Origin: Candidatus Marinacidobacterales bacterium
Lineage (GTDB): Bacteria > Acidobacteriota > Vicinamibacteria > Marinacidobacterales > SMYC01
DNA length: 64,000 bases
NCBI GenBank assembly: GCA_965262245.1
Contig: OZ253507.1
Coordinates: forward strand, 1,148,695-1,212,694
Reading direction: 5' to 3'
Each line of letters opens with the position of its first letter. The stretch's first letter is position 1. The notes under the pieces were generated by a model, which was not told where the DNA came from, made no database searches, and saw nothing but the letters and a program-made list of their open reading frames with translations. Below, in pieces: positions 9,694-19,412 of this stretch. The position numbers and the translations under genes were made by a program.

Positions 9694-11034
9694 TCAGGCG
9701 CGCTGGCCGCTTCGCTCGGGCAGGATTTTGTAACGTTTCATCTTTTCATGAAGCGTCGTCGGATTCAGCCGTAGCTCCTTGGCGGCCTTTTTCTGACTGC
9801 CGTCCACACGCTCGAGGGTCTGTACGATGATGCGCTTTTCGATGTCCGCGATGAGATCGCGGAGGGAAACGTTCTTGAGCCGACCCGGCCCTGGAACGGT
9901 CAATGATGGAGGCGCGCAGAAGTGCTCGGGCAGCGTTGTGCCATCGAACTTGGCCGCGCAGGCGATTGAAACGGCCCTTTCGATCATCATCGAGAGCTCC
10001 GCGACATTGCCGGGCCAGTCGTAGTTCGAGTAGTTGTCGATTGCAGAAGCCGGGATGCCCAGGGGCTTGAGCTCGAGCCGCTCGCAAAATCGTTTGAGAA
10101 AGTGATCGATGAGAACGGGGATGTCGCCGCGTCGCTCCCGAAGAGCCGGAATCTCGATGGTGATTTTGGAAGCGGCGCCGAGGGCTTCAAGGTCGAAACG
10201 TCGCGGGCCGAGCTTGGGTAGACGTGACAGGTCGGCGGAAGCCATGAGTCGGAATGGCACGGGCCCGTTTAGAAACTCTTTGAGAGCGGCCTGGTCTTCG
10301 GGAACGAGCGCCGTTAGCTCGGCGAGGTAGAGCGTGCCTGGGCGGGCACCGTCCACGTAAGAGCCTCGACCCGTATCCGCGGCTTCGCGGACTTCGTTCA
10401 GGAGTCGAAAGAGCTCGCCTTTGGGGAGGCTTGGAAGATCCATGGGCAAAAAGGTGGAGCCCGGATTACGGCCGTGGCGATGGAGAAGCTCGGCGGCCAA
10501 GCGTCGGCCCGTGCCATCCTCCCCGGCGAGGAGCACCGTGCCGGTGGCGAGCGCCGCGGTGGCGATCGACTTGCGGACTTCCTGGGACTCGGGCGTGCAT
10601 CCGACCCAGTCGCTGAGGCTGACAGCGCTTCCGAGCTGGCGTTTGAGCGTGCGGTTCTCCTCGATGAGCTTTCGATAGACGAGGGCCGAGTCGACGGCCA
10701 TCAAGAGGGCTGTCCGGTCGAGAGGTTTCAAGATGAGACCGGCCGGACGCTGGCGGTAGCTCGAGAACGAGGACCAAGGCGTATCCGGAGTGACCAGGAG
10801 CAAGATCGCGGCATGCGACGCGCCGTCCCGAAGAATCTCCATCACCCGCCAAGGCGGTTCGCTAACGGAATCGGTGTCGAGAATGACGACATGGTGCTGC
10901 TCTTTGGCCAGCTCGGCTTCGGCTTGGGACAAGTCATCGACGCTCTCGACGGCCCAGTATTCGGATGTCAACGTCGATGCGGCGTCCGAGGATGCTTGGC
11001 TTCGGCCAATAACGAGGATCGACTCTTCGGGCAT
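9694..11034 (-). CDS. NtrC-like REC-AAA-Fis HTH regulator with degenerate AAA+ domain
   Basis: GEDGTGR, IPALRERRGDI, WPGNVAEL, C-terminal HTH; no GAFTGA. Confidence 0.85.
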   Translation of the reverse strand: MPEESILVIGRSQASSDAASTLTSEYWAVESVDDLSQAEAELAKEQHHVVILDTDSVSEPPWRVMEILRDGASHAAILLLVTPDTPWSSFSSYRQRPAGLILKPLDRTALLMAVDSALVYRKLIEENRTLKRQLGSAVSLSDWVGCTPESQEVRKSIATAALATGTVLLAGEDGTGRRLAAELLHRHGRNPGSTFLPMDLPSLPKGELFRLLNEVREAADTGRGSYVDGARPGTLYLAELTALVPEDQAALKEFLNGPVPFRLMASADLSRLPKLGPRRFDLEALGAASKITIEIPALRERRGDIPVLIDHFLKRFCERLELKPLGIPASAIDNYSNYDWPGNVAELSMMIERAVSIACAAKFDGTTLPEHFCAPPSLTVPGPGRLKNVSLRDLIADIEKRIIVQTLERVDGSQKKAAKELRLNPTTLHEKMKRYKILPERSGQRA

Positions 11035-11178
11035 CTTTTTGACTACTCCACCGGGATCGGGTCAATCTTTAGACGATCGGCGGGCTCGTTTGGTTCCGCA
11101 GTGCCGGCGTCCGAAATCGAACGGTGCACGGTTGTGGAACGGTCCGGGCTTTCTTTTTGGAACATCGTTCATCTGAAC

Positions 11179-11194
11179 GCAAGTTTGGTGCCAA
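11179..11194 (-). promoter_or_regulatory. sigma54 promoter
   Basis: TTGGCACCAAACTTGC is a perfect TGGCAC-N5-TTGC match, ~145 nt upstream of the 11034 start. Confidence 0.7.
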
Positions 11195-11332
11195 ACGAAA
11201 GTGCAGTAATGTCGGCTATCTAGCGGAAAAAGGGGGAGGCGCGATCCAAATCCTTTACAGCTGTGGCAAGAGCTTTACAAGAACTGAGAAATTGAATCGG
11301 GACGTCCGGATAATGTGTTGCCGATAGGGTCG

Positions 11333-11908
11333 TCAGGCGACTTGATCCAGAAAATATCGGTGCACGCGCAGATCGTTTGAAAGCTCGGGGTGAAACGTGC
11401 TTGCGAGCAATCGTCCCTGACGGACGAGCACCGGTTGGTCCCGGTGCTCGGCGAGCACGCGGACCTCAGGGCCGGTACGGGAGATGAGCGGGGCCCGGAT
11501 GAAGACCATTGGCAGCGGCTCGTCGCCAAGCTCGGGGCAGGCTCCGGGGCTCTCGTGACTGTCGATTTGCCGGCCGTAGCCATTGCGCTCGACGTCGATA
11601 TCCATGAGGCCGAGAGACGCCTGGCTCGGAGCGGAAACCGCGCGCGCCAGGAGGATCGTGCCCGCGCACGTTCCGTAAAGCGCCCCTCCGGACGCGTAGA
11701 AATCCCGTAGAGGCTCCATCAGCTCTTCCTCTTCCATGAACTTGACCATCGTCGTGCTCTCACCCCCAGGAAGGATGAGAGCACGGAGGCCTTCGAGCTC
11801 CGAAGCTTTCCGGATCTGTCGCGAGCTCCGGCCGAGCCGCTCGAGCATGCGCTGGTGCTCCACGTAGTCGCCTTGGAGCGCGAGAACTCCTAGTTCAGCA
11901 TTCAGCAT
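11333..11908 (-). CDS. pdxT: PLP synthase glutaminase subunit
   Basis: GVLALQG, PGGESTT, GTCAG, FIRAP, FHPE. Confidence 0.96.
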   Translation of the reverse strand: MLNAELGVLALQGDYVEHQRMLERLGRSSRQIRKASELEGLRALILPGGESTTMVKFMEEEELMEPLRDFYASGGALYGTCAGTILLARAVSAPSQASLGLMDIDVERNGYGRQIDSHESPGACPELGDEPLPMVFIRAPLISRTGPEVRVLAEHRDQPVLVRQGRLLASTFHPELSNDLRVHRYFLDQVA

Positions 11909-11921
11909 TCAGCGTTACTGG

Positions 11922-12803
11922 TTACCAGCCGCGGGTTTGGAGCAGGTCCTTTTCGTCCATTGCGGCGACGTCGAGGCCTGGCATCGGCTCACCGAGTCCG
12001 CGCGACACTTCGACGAGCATCTTGGGATCCTGATAATGCGTCACGGCTTTCACGATGGCGACGGCTCGCTTGGCCGGGTCCTCGGACTTGAAGATGCCGG
12101 ATCCGACGAAAACCGTTTCGGCGCCGAGCTGCATGCAGAGCGCGGCGTCGGCCGGCGTCGAGACACCGCCCGCGGCGAAGTTCGGCACGGGGAGCTTCCC
12201 GTCGCGGGCGACGATCTTAACGAGCTCGTAAGGTGCGCCGAGGCGCTTGGCTTCCGCCATGAGCTCGTCCGTCGTCATGACGGTGAGCTTGCGCATGTGG
12301 CCAAAAACCGCGCGCAGGTGACGAACGGCTTCGACGATGTTCCCCGAGCCCGCCTCCCCTTTGGTGCGAATGAGAGCGGCGCCTTCGCCGATTCGGCGAA
12401 GCGCTTCGCCGAGATCCCTGCAGCCGCAGACGAAAGGAACGTCGAAAGCCTGTTTGTCGATGTGGTTCTCTTCATCCGCTGGCGTCAACACTTCGCTCTC
12501 GTCAATGAAGTCGACGCCCATCGCTTGAAGGAGCTGCGCTTCGACGAAGTGTCCGATGCGCACCTTGGCCATGACAGGGATGCTCACCGTCTCGATGATC
12601 CCGTCGATCATGTCGATGGCGGACATCCGCGCGACCCCGCCGTCCCGTCGAATATCGGCGGGAACGCGCTCGAGCGCCATCACCGAGACGGCGCCCGCAT
12701 CTTCTGCGATCTTCGCCTGCTCGGCGTTGGTCACATCCATGATGGCGCCACCTTTGAGCATGTCGGCGAGGCCGGTCTTGAGCTTGAGACTCGTTTCAGT
12801 CAT
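11922..12803 (-). CDS. pdxS: PLP synthase lyase subunit
   Basis: [34 protein letters not shown]. Confidence 0.97.
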   Translation of the reverse strand: MTETSLKLKTGLADMLKGGAIMDVTNAEQAKIAEDAGAVSVMALERVPADIRRDGGVARMSAIDMIDGIIETVSIPVMAKVRIGHFVEAQLLQAMGVDFIDESEVLTPADEENHIDKQAFDVPFVCGCRDLGEALRRIGEGAALIRTKGEAGSGNIVEAVRHLRAVFGHMRKLTVMTTDELMAEAKRLGAPYELVKIVARDGKLPVPNFAAGGVSTPADAALCMQLGAETVFVGSGIFKSEDPAKRAVAIVKAVTHYQDPKMLVEVSRGLGEPMPGLDVAAMDEKDLLQTRGW

Positions 12804-12823
12804 CTTGTTACCTCCTAGTCATT

Positions 12824-14341
12824 TCAAATATGCAGAGCGGGCTCTTGCTCTCTCGGGCCCGCTCCAGAAGTTTCTTGGCTCGTCTTGCGGTCGAGTAGCC
12901 GCTCGAGGGCCGCGCCGAGCTTCTTGATGCCCACGTCGATTTGCTCCAGAGGAACTCTGGAAATGGAGAGACGTAGGAAATGTTCTCCTTGACCGCGCGC
13001 AAAGAAGTTCGAGCCGGGTGTGAAGATCACGCCGTCGACGGAGCTCTCGGCGAGGACCGCTTCGCCGGAGACGTTCTCCGGGAGCGTGACCCAATAGGCA
13101 AAGCCGCCTTCGGGCTCCGTCCAGCTCACGCCTTTCGGAAAATAGCGCCGGAGTGCGCCGATGAGCGCGTGGCTCTTCTGCCGATAGATAACAGCGAGCT
13201 TTTTCAAATGCTCGATGTAATGTCCGCGCTCACAAAATTCGAGCACGGCGGCTTGAAGAAGTAGGCTCGTGTGGTAGTCGGAGATGAGCTTGCTGCGGCC
13301 GAGCGTTGCCACGACATCTCGCGGCGCCACGATCCAGCCGAGCCGGAGCCCGGGAAAGAGGCCTTTCGAAAAGGTTCCGATATGAGCGACGCAGTCTTGC
13401 GCGTCGAGCGCTTTCAAAGGTGGCACGGGCTCGCCATTGAAGCGCAGCTCGGAGTCGAAGTCGTCCTCGACGATGGGTACTGAAAACCGCGCGGCGAGAT
13501 CCACGAGGCGTCTTCGCGACGCGAGATCCATGGTGATTCCGGTCGGGTTGTGGAAGGTCGGCATCGTAAATAGAAGCTTCGGCCGCGAGCGGGTCAGCTG
13601 CGACTCGAGAGCGTCGAGGTCCATGCCGCGCGGCGTCATCGCGACTTCATCGATTTGCGCCTGATATTGCGCCAGCAGCGGCAAGATGATCGTGTAGGTC
13701 GGGCTCTCTACGACGACGGAATCTCCCGGATCGAGCAAGGTGCGACAGATTAAGTCGAGCGCTTGCTGAGAGCCGTTGACAATGAGAACGTTCTCCGTCG
13801 TCGTGGTCCGAACCCCTCGCTCGGCGAGCCGCTCGGCAATGTAGCGGCGCAGCGGCGGGTGCCCTGCAGCGGGCCCGTATTGCAAGAGTTTCTGCCCCTC
13901 ACGTTCGAGCACGGTGTCGAGGACGACGCGGAAAGGCTCCACGGGGAAGAGCGCTTCATCCGGTACGAGAGAAGCGAAGTCGATCGGATCGGGATGGCGC
14001 GTGGTCTCCGTCGGTGAGCGTTCGCGCCCTCGGGCGCCTTGAACCGCGCGGGAGAACGACCAGCGGAGCGGGGAAGGCGCGCTCGACGCGCGCTCGCTCA
14101 CGAAGGTCCCTTGGCCTACATGCGATCGAACGTGGCCCGTTTTCGTGAGCTCTTCATAGGCGTTCGTGACCGTATTTCGGTTGATGCCTAGCTCGGCGGC
14201 CAGGTCACGGCTCGCGGGAAGCTTGGTGCTTTCTGCAAGCCCACCGTCTTCGATCCGCCTACGGATGAGCGCCTGGAGCTGCTGGTAGAGCGGCTTTTTC
14301 GAAGCTCGGTCGAGCTCCAGCGTCTTCCACCATTGGACCAT
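12824..14341 (-). CDS. pdxR: MocR/GntR PLP-dependent transcriptional regulator (PdxR-like)
   Basis: N-terminal wHTH (LPASRDLA..INRNTV) plus aminotransferase domain (FHNPTG, EDDF, TFSKGLFPGLRLGW); directly upstream of pdxST. Confidence 0.85.
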   Translation of the reverse strand: MVQWWKTLELDRASKKPLYQQLQALIRRRIEDGGLAESTKLPASRDLAAELGINRNTVTNAYEELTKTGHVRSHVGQGTFVSERASSAPSPLRWSFSRAVQGARGRERSPTETTRHPDPIDFASLVPDEALFPVEPFRVVLDTVLEREGQKLLQYGPAAGHPPLRRYIAERLAERGVRTTTTENVLIVNGSQQALDLICRTLLDPGDSVVVESPTYTIILPLLAQYQAQIDEVAMTPRGMDLDALESQLTRSRPKLLFTMPTFHNPTGITMDLASRRRLVDLAARFSVPIVEDDFDSELRFNGEPVPPLKALDAQDCVAHIGTFSKGLFPGLRLGWIVAPRDVVATLGRSKLISDYHTSLLLQAAVLEFCERGHYIEHLKKLAVIYRQKSHALIGALRRYFPKGVSWTEPEGGFAYWVTLPENVSGEAVLAESSVDGVIFTPGSNFFARGQGEHFLRLSISRVPLEQIDVGIKKLGAALERLLDRKTSQETSGAGPREQEPALHI

Positions 14342-14424
14342 GCCAATGATGTAACAATTCGAAGTTCCTGTGTCAAGTCCGGGGGCCAATGATTGTATGC
14401 ATGCAGTCCAATTCCATATTGGAC
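14332..14424. promoter_or_regulatory. Putative PdxR operator array and promoter
   Basis: Inverted repeat GTCCAAT-n5-ATTGGAC (14406-14424), extra CCAAT/ATTGG copies at 14332, 14342 and 14384; TTGACA at 14371-14376 on the minus strand. Confidence 0.55.
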
Positions 14425-14430
14425 CGGAAA

Positions 14431-16365
14431 TCAGTTGACGATGCCCTGCTCAAACACTTTGGCTTCGATGAATAAATCGAGAAGGGATCGGTCGAGCTTG
14501 CCCGCGTCAGCCTCCGATTCCAGGATGCCGATGGCGAATTCAGTCTTGACCGCGGGCTTATAGGGGCGGTCTTTCGCGGTGAGCGCGTCGTAAATATCGG
14601 AGATCGTCATCATCCGCGTCTGGGGAGGAATATCGGCCGCCTTGAAGCTGTAGGGATAGCCGCTCCCGTCGAGCTTCTCGTGATGGCTTCGTGCCAGAAG
14701 TGGGATCGCACGCAGGTCGCGCGTCCAGGGAATGGTGGAGAGAAACGCATAGGTATGCTTGACGTGGGACTCTATCTCCGCGCGCGCTTCGCTCGTCAAC
14801 GTGCCTTTGGGAAGGCTCAAGGCTGCGAGCTCCTCCGGGGCGAGGTAGGTGCGCTCGCTTCCGTCGTCGTCTTCGTAGGTCAGCCGCGCGATGGTCTCGA
14901 GCTCCTTGAATGCGAAGGATTCCATGACGCTCGGCTCGTTGGCGGTCTCGACGGTCTGAACGGCGGCGTCCACCTGTGCGAGCCTGCGTGCGAGCTCTTC
15001 CTTCATTTGGAGGATCTGCTCGGGGGTGGCATCGCCACGAAGAAGACGGTCGAGCAGTTTTCGCAAATATTGAGCTTCGAAGGTCCGTTTGATCGTCTTG
15101 AATCGCTGGCGCAGCCCGGCTAGCTGGCCGTAGTACAGCTTCTTTCCTTTTCTCAGGACTTTTTCATTGACCCCGACTTTTCCGAAATCGTGCAGGAGGG
15201 CGGCGTAGTTCAGCTCGCGGATCTGTTCTTCGCTCATGTGAAACGCCGAGTAGAGCCCCGTCTCCGCGCGTGTCGCGGTGATGGCGAGCCGTTTGGTCAT
15301 GCGCGCGACGCGATGGGAGTGTCCCTCCGTGGTCTCGTCGCGACTCTCGATCGCTTTCACCGCGGCGAGCACGAAGCGTTCGAAAAGGTGTTTGCGTTAC
15401 CGGTAGAGATCGTTGTTCTCAACGGAAACCGCGGCCTGGCTCGCGAGCGAGCGCACTAAGCGCTCGTCATCCTCATCAAACGGCAGCACTTCGAGCGCAA
15501 TGCTCTCCCGGGTCTCGAGCACGGCGTCTCGGTTCCTCTTCTTGTTGAGCAGCTGAAGCACACCGATGCAGTCGCCTTCTTGATTCTGCATCGGGACGAC
15601 GAGCATCGACACGGTGCGATAACCGGTGGCCTCGTCGAAGCTCCGATTGATGACGAAAGGTTTGTCTGCCGGCGGCGAGTAGGCATCCGCGAGGTTCAAC
15701 GTCTCGCCCTTCTCGGCCACGTAGCCCGCGATGCTGTCCGGGCTGATCGGCAAGAAACTCTCCTCGAAGCGAACTTCGCGCGAGTCGTTTTGCGCGAGAC
15801 GAAATTTCAACCAGCGCGCCCTGATGTGATCCTCGCGTCCGTCGGGGTGGGCTAGCGTCTCGTCGATGCCCGTGACGAGGAACAAGGCGCCGGCATCGGC
15901 GCTCGTGATTACCCGCGCTTTGCTGAGGATGAGGTTCAAGAGACGTTCATGATCCCGCTCCGCGGAAAGCGCGATGCCGATGGCGTGAAGCTCCTCGAGC
16001 TGGAAACGAGTCTTCTCCGCGGCCTTCTCGGAAGCGCTCACCTCGAGCCGGGCTTCGAGCTCACGCGTCGCGTTTCGGAGCTTTCGCCAGAGCTCTTTTT
16101 CGCCGGCCGCGGCCCCGACGACATCGGCCACGAGCTCGTCCTCGGCCGTTTCGGTGAGGATGGGCGGCGAGACGGCTCCGAAGCCTCCTGCCCAGGCTTC
16201 GATAGCACTTCTGTGCTCGGAATAGATGGCGTCATCGACCACGAGCACTCCCGGCGTTTTCGGGAGCTCGTCGATGCGCTCGACGGAGAAGCGCCGATAG
16301 ATCTCAGGACATTGCCCTTCGGAGAGCCACTCCGGTTCCTTCGCCCAAACAAAAACCGGGCACAT
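14431..16365 (-). pseudogene. GAF + HD-GYP cyclic-dinucleotide phosphodiesterase interrupted by an in-frame TAA (15397-15399)
   Basis: GAF ORF and HD-GYP ORF (HDFGK, HHEKLDGSGYP, RPYK) are in one frame: NNDLYR*RKHLFERFVLAAV. Confidence 0.75.
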
Positions 16366-16419
16366 CAACTATGCACCGAACCTTCCTAACACCAATGAGT
16401 GGGAGCGGGGGGCGCATTC

Positions 16420-16448
16420 ATGCTAGCGATTGAGAAGCCGCGGGTCAA
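16420..16448 (-). promoter_or_regulatory. sigma70-type promoter
   Basis: TTGACC-17nt-TAGCAT. Confidence 0.5.
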
Positions 16449-16466
16449 GTCGTTGTCGATCGAAAC

Positions 16467-16503
16467 AAAAAAGGCGCCACCTGCGACGAAGGCAGATGGC
16501 GCC
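16467..16503 (-). terminator. Intrinsic terminator of the oxidoreductase operon
   Basis: GGCGCCATCTGC/GCAGGTGGCGCC stem followed by TTTTTT. Confidence 0.75.
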
Positions 16504-16520
16504 GAGGTGCGAAGAGCTCT

Positions 16521-17411
16521 TTACATCATCCTCTTGATGATGCGCTCGCTTTGCTCGGTGGTCAGACCGGGGCTCTGGTGCGCGATGGGGCCGGCCTCGA
16601 GCACGGGCTCCAGGTCGTTGAGCGAGGGGACGGCTTTGTCCTGATAGTAGACGCCCGTGAAAATCTCGTCGTCCCAAGCCATGGCTTTTTCGCAAGCGCT
16701 CTTCCAGTCCGAGGGGTCGTGTCCTTCTTCTTCCAGCTTCTTGATGCGCTGACGGAAAAAGTCGTAGGTGTTGTCGTGGTTGAAGGTGACGCACGGGCTG
16801 AACACGTCGACTAGCGAAAAGCCATTATGCTCGATCGCTTGTTTGATCGTTGATACGAGGTGCTTGCCGTGGCCCGAGAACCCGCGCGCGACGAAGGTCG
16901 CGCCGTTCATGATCGCTGTTGTCACGGCGTTGACGGGCCGCTCCAAGTTCCCGAACGGTGTCGACTTCGTTTTCATACCGATCTCGCTCGCAGGACTGAC
17001 CTGACCCGTCGTCAACCCGTAGATCTGGTTGTTCATGACGAGGTAGGTAATGTCGACGTTACGGCGCGCGGTGTGGGCGAAGTGGTTGCCGCCGATGCCA
17101 TAGCCGTCGCCATCGCCGCCCGCGGCGATAACGGTCAATTCGTGGTTGGCGAATTTCACCCCTGTCGCCACCGCGAGAGCACGGCCGTGGAGCGTGTGCA
17201 TGCCATAGGTGCTGAGATAGCCCGGCAAATTGGATGAGCAGCCGATGCCGCTGACGCACATGACTTCGTGCGGCTTTCTGCCGAGCTCGGCCAGCGCTTT
17301 TTGGAGCGAGTTCAAGAGGCCGAAATCACCGCAACCCGGGCACCAGTCCGGGTCGGACTTGCCCTTGAAATCTTTCGCTTTGAGCTCAGGAAGAGTCGTT
17401 GTTGTAGCCAT
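16521..17411 (-). CDS. 2-oxoacid:ferredoxin oxidoreductase beta subunit
   Basis: WCPGCGDF, SGIGCS, HGRA, TPP motif GDGD..N, FSPCVTFN. Confidence 0.94.
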   Translation of the reverse strand: MATTTTLPELKAKDFKGKSDPDWCPGCGDFGLLNSLQKALAELGRKPHEVMCVSGIGCSSNLPGYLSTYGMHTLHGRALAVATGVKFANHELTVIAAGGDGDGYGIGGNHFAHTARRNVDITYLVMNNQIYGLTTGQVSPASEIGMKTKSTPFGNLERPVNAVTTAIMNGATFVARGFSGHGKHLVSTIKQAIEHNGFSLVDVFSPCVTFNHDNTYDFFRQRIKKLEEEGHDPSDWKSACEKAMAWDDEIFTGVYYQDKAVPSLNDLEPVLEAGPIAHQSPGLTTEQSERIIKRMM

Positions 17412-17420
17412 TTCGGTCTC

Positions 17421-19226
17421 CTAAACGAGAATCTCTTGAAAGGGAACGAAGACGCCGTCGTCGCTTCCGGCCGGCGCGCCCTTCTTTTCATCCAGATGGT
17501 GCATCACCCCATCGACGATGTGGTGCGGCTGGAAGGGCTCGCCGTCATATTTGCGGACATGCCCATCCACGGAGAGGCCCGTCTCACTTCGAAGGAATCG
17601 GTGAAACTGGCCCGAGTAGTTGTTCTCGACGATGACGGTCTTTTTCGATTTGCGCAAAATCTCGGACACGGTTTTCCCGTGAAACGGCAGCATCCACTTG
17701 ATGGCGAGCTGGTTGGCCTTGACGCCCTTCTCTTGGAGGCTTTGGCGGGCCTCGCGGATGACACCTTCGGTCGAGCCGAAGCCGACGAGCGTGACCTCGG
17801 CGTCCTCGGGTCCTTCGAGCGCCGGCCCTTGGACTTTGTCAAGGAACGTCGAGAGCTTGCGCGCGCGCTTTTCGACCATCTCCCGGCGCTTGTGCGGGTT
17901 GGTGAACTCGTCACTGATGAGAACACCGTCCTCGTCGTGCTCGTCCGTTGGCGCGACGTGCGCATATCCAGCGACACCCGGAATGGCGCGCGGTGAGATG
18001 CCGCTCTCCGTCATCTTGTAGCGCTTGTAACCATTCGAAGGACCGCCCTCGGTAATCATCTCGCCCCGGTCGATCGCAGGCTGCATGTTGATCGCATCCG
18101 GGTCGACGCTGAAAGTGCCTTCCGAGATCAAGAGGTCCGAGAGAAAGATGGCGGGGCATTGGTAGTGGTCGACGAGGTTGAAAAGCTCCGCGACGGTATC
18201 GAAAGCGTCGAGCGCGTTCTTCGGCGCGACGATGATCCGCTCGAAGTCGCCCTGGCTGGCGCCGAGCGCTTGCCAAAGGTCGCCTTGCTCGGTCTTTGTC
18301 GGAACGCCCGTGGACGGGCCCGCGCGTTGCACGTTGACGAACACGACGGGGACCTCCATCATGCTCGCCGCGCCGAGCGCCTCGGTCATGAGGGCGAAGC
18401 CGCCGCCTGAAGTCGCACACATCGTGCGCGCGCCCGTTTGGGCCGCGCCGAGCGCGACGTTGGCGACGCCGATCTCGTCTTCGATCTGTCGCACCATGAT
18501 GCCGCACTCACGCGCGTTCTTGGCCATCCAGTGCAAGACGCCTGTCGCAGGGCTCATAGGGTAGGCGCTGTAGAACTTCACGCCAGCCGCCGCGCCGCCC
18601 ATCCCGATGGCGTCGTTGCCGGTCCACACCGCGAGAGGCTTTTCTTGCTCGGGAAGAGCCGCCGGAAACGCGGTGAAGTTGGCTTCCGAATAGTCGTAGC
18701 CCGCGCGCGCCATATTGACGTTCTCGTCCACGACTTCCTGGCCTTTGCGCTTGAACTGGAGCATGAGCGCATCTTCCAGAACGCTGAAATCGACGCCCAT
18801 GAGATTGAGCATGACGCCGAGCGCGACGGTGTTCTGGACGAGCTTGTTTCGACTGTCATTCGTCAGCTCTTTGATCGGCAGGCCACAGAGCTGGACGGCG
18901 TCTTGTACGCCCTCGGCGGGAGTGATGCCGTCGCTGTTGTAGATGATGGCGCCGCCCGGGACGACGTGTTTCGCGTGACGGGTCATCGTGTCCTGGTTGA
19001 GCGCGAGGATGAGATCCAATTTATCACCGTGGTTTTCGACGAGCTCTTCTTTGACCCGGATTGTCAGAAAGATGTGCCCGCCACGGATGATGGATTGGTA
19101 CGCGTTATACGCGTAGAGATGTAGCCCCCGGCGCACGAATATGCGCGCGAGGATGTTACCGGGCGTCGCAATGCCCTGCCCGGCTGCCCCACCAATAGCG
19201 AAGGCAAAATCGTACCCTTTCGACAT
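17421..19226 (-). CDS. 2-oxoacid:acceptor oxidoreductase alpha (fused gamma) subunit
   Basis: GGAAGQG, YPMSPAT, EDEI, TSGGGF, RAGPSTGVPT. Confidence 0.94.
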   Translation of the reverse strand: MSKGYDFAFAIGGAAGQGIATPGNILARIFVRRGLHLYAYNAYQSIIRGGHIFLTIRVKEELVENHGDKLDLILALNQDTMTRHAKHVVPGGAIIYNSDGITPAEGVQDAVQLCGLPIKELTNDSRNKLVQNTVALGVMLNLMGVDFSVLEDALMLQFKRKGQEVVDENVNMARAGYDYSEANFTAFPAALPEQEKPLAVWTGNDAIGMGGAAAGVKFYSAYPMSPATGVLHWMAKNARECGIMVRQIEDEIGVANVALGAAQTGARTMCATSGGGFALMTEALGAASMMEVPVVFVNVQRAGPSTGVPTKTEQGDLWQALGASQGDFERIIVAPKNALDAFDTVAELFNLVDHYQCPAIFLSDLLISEGTFSVDPDAINMQPAIDRGEMITEGGPSNGYKRYKMTESGISPRAIPGVAGYAHVAPTDEHDEDGVLISDEFTNPHKRREMVEKRARKLSTFLDKVQGPALEGPEDAEVTLVGFGSTEGVIREARQSLQEKGVKANQLAIKWMLPFHGKTVSEILRKSKKTVIVENNYSGQFHRFLRSETGLSVDGHVRKYDGEPFQPHHIVDGVMHHLDEKKGAPAGSDDGVFVPFQEILV

Positions 19227-19412
19227 TTCTCCTCCAGAGAAGCGCGAGCCCCGAGAGGGATACACGGTCACGTGGGGGCTCAACGGTAATCTAGGATTCT
19301 AACACCCCGAGCCGGGTGGCGAAAGTGGGGAGAATGCCGCAATCGGCTCCGTGAACGCTGACGGCCCGATTCTCATGGCCATTTCCGCTTGTTACACTTG
19401 ATGGTATACCTC

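Noticed and set aside
11937..12818. Long antisense ORFs (e.g. 293 aa opposite pdxS; similar ones opposite uvrA, purH, rfaE1)
   Set aside because: Expected from GC-rich codon bias; no recognisable motifs.
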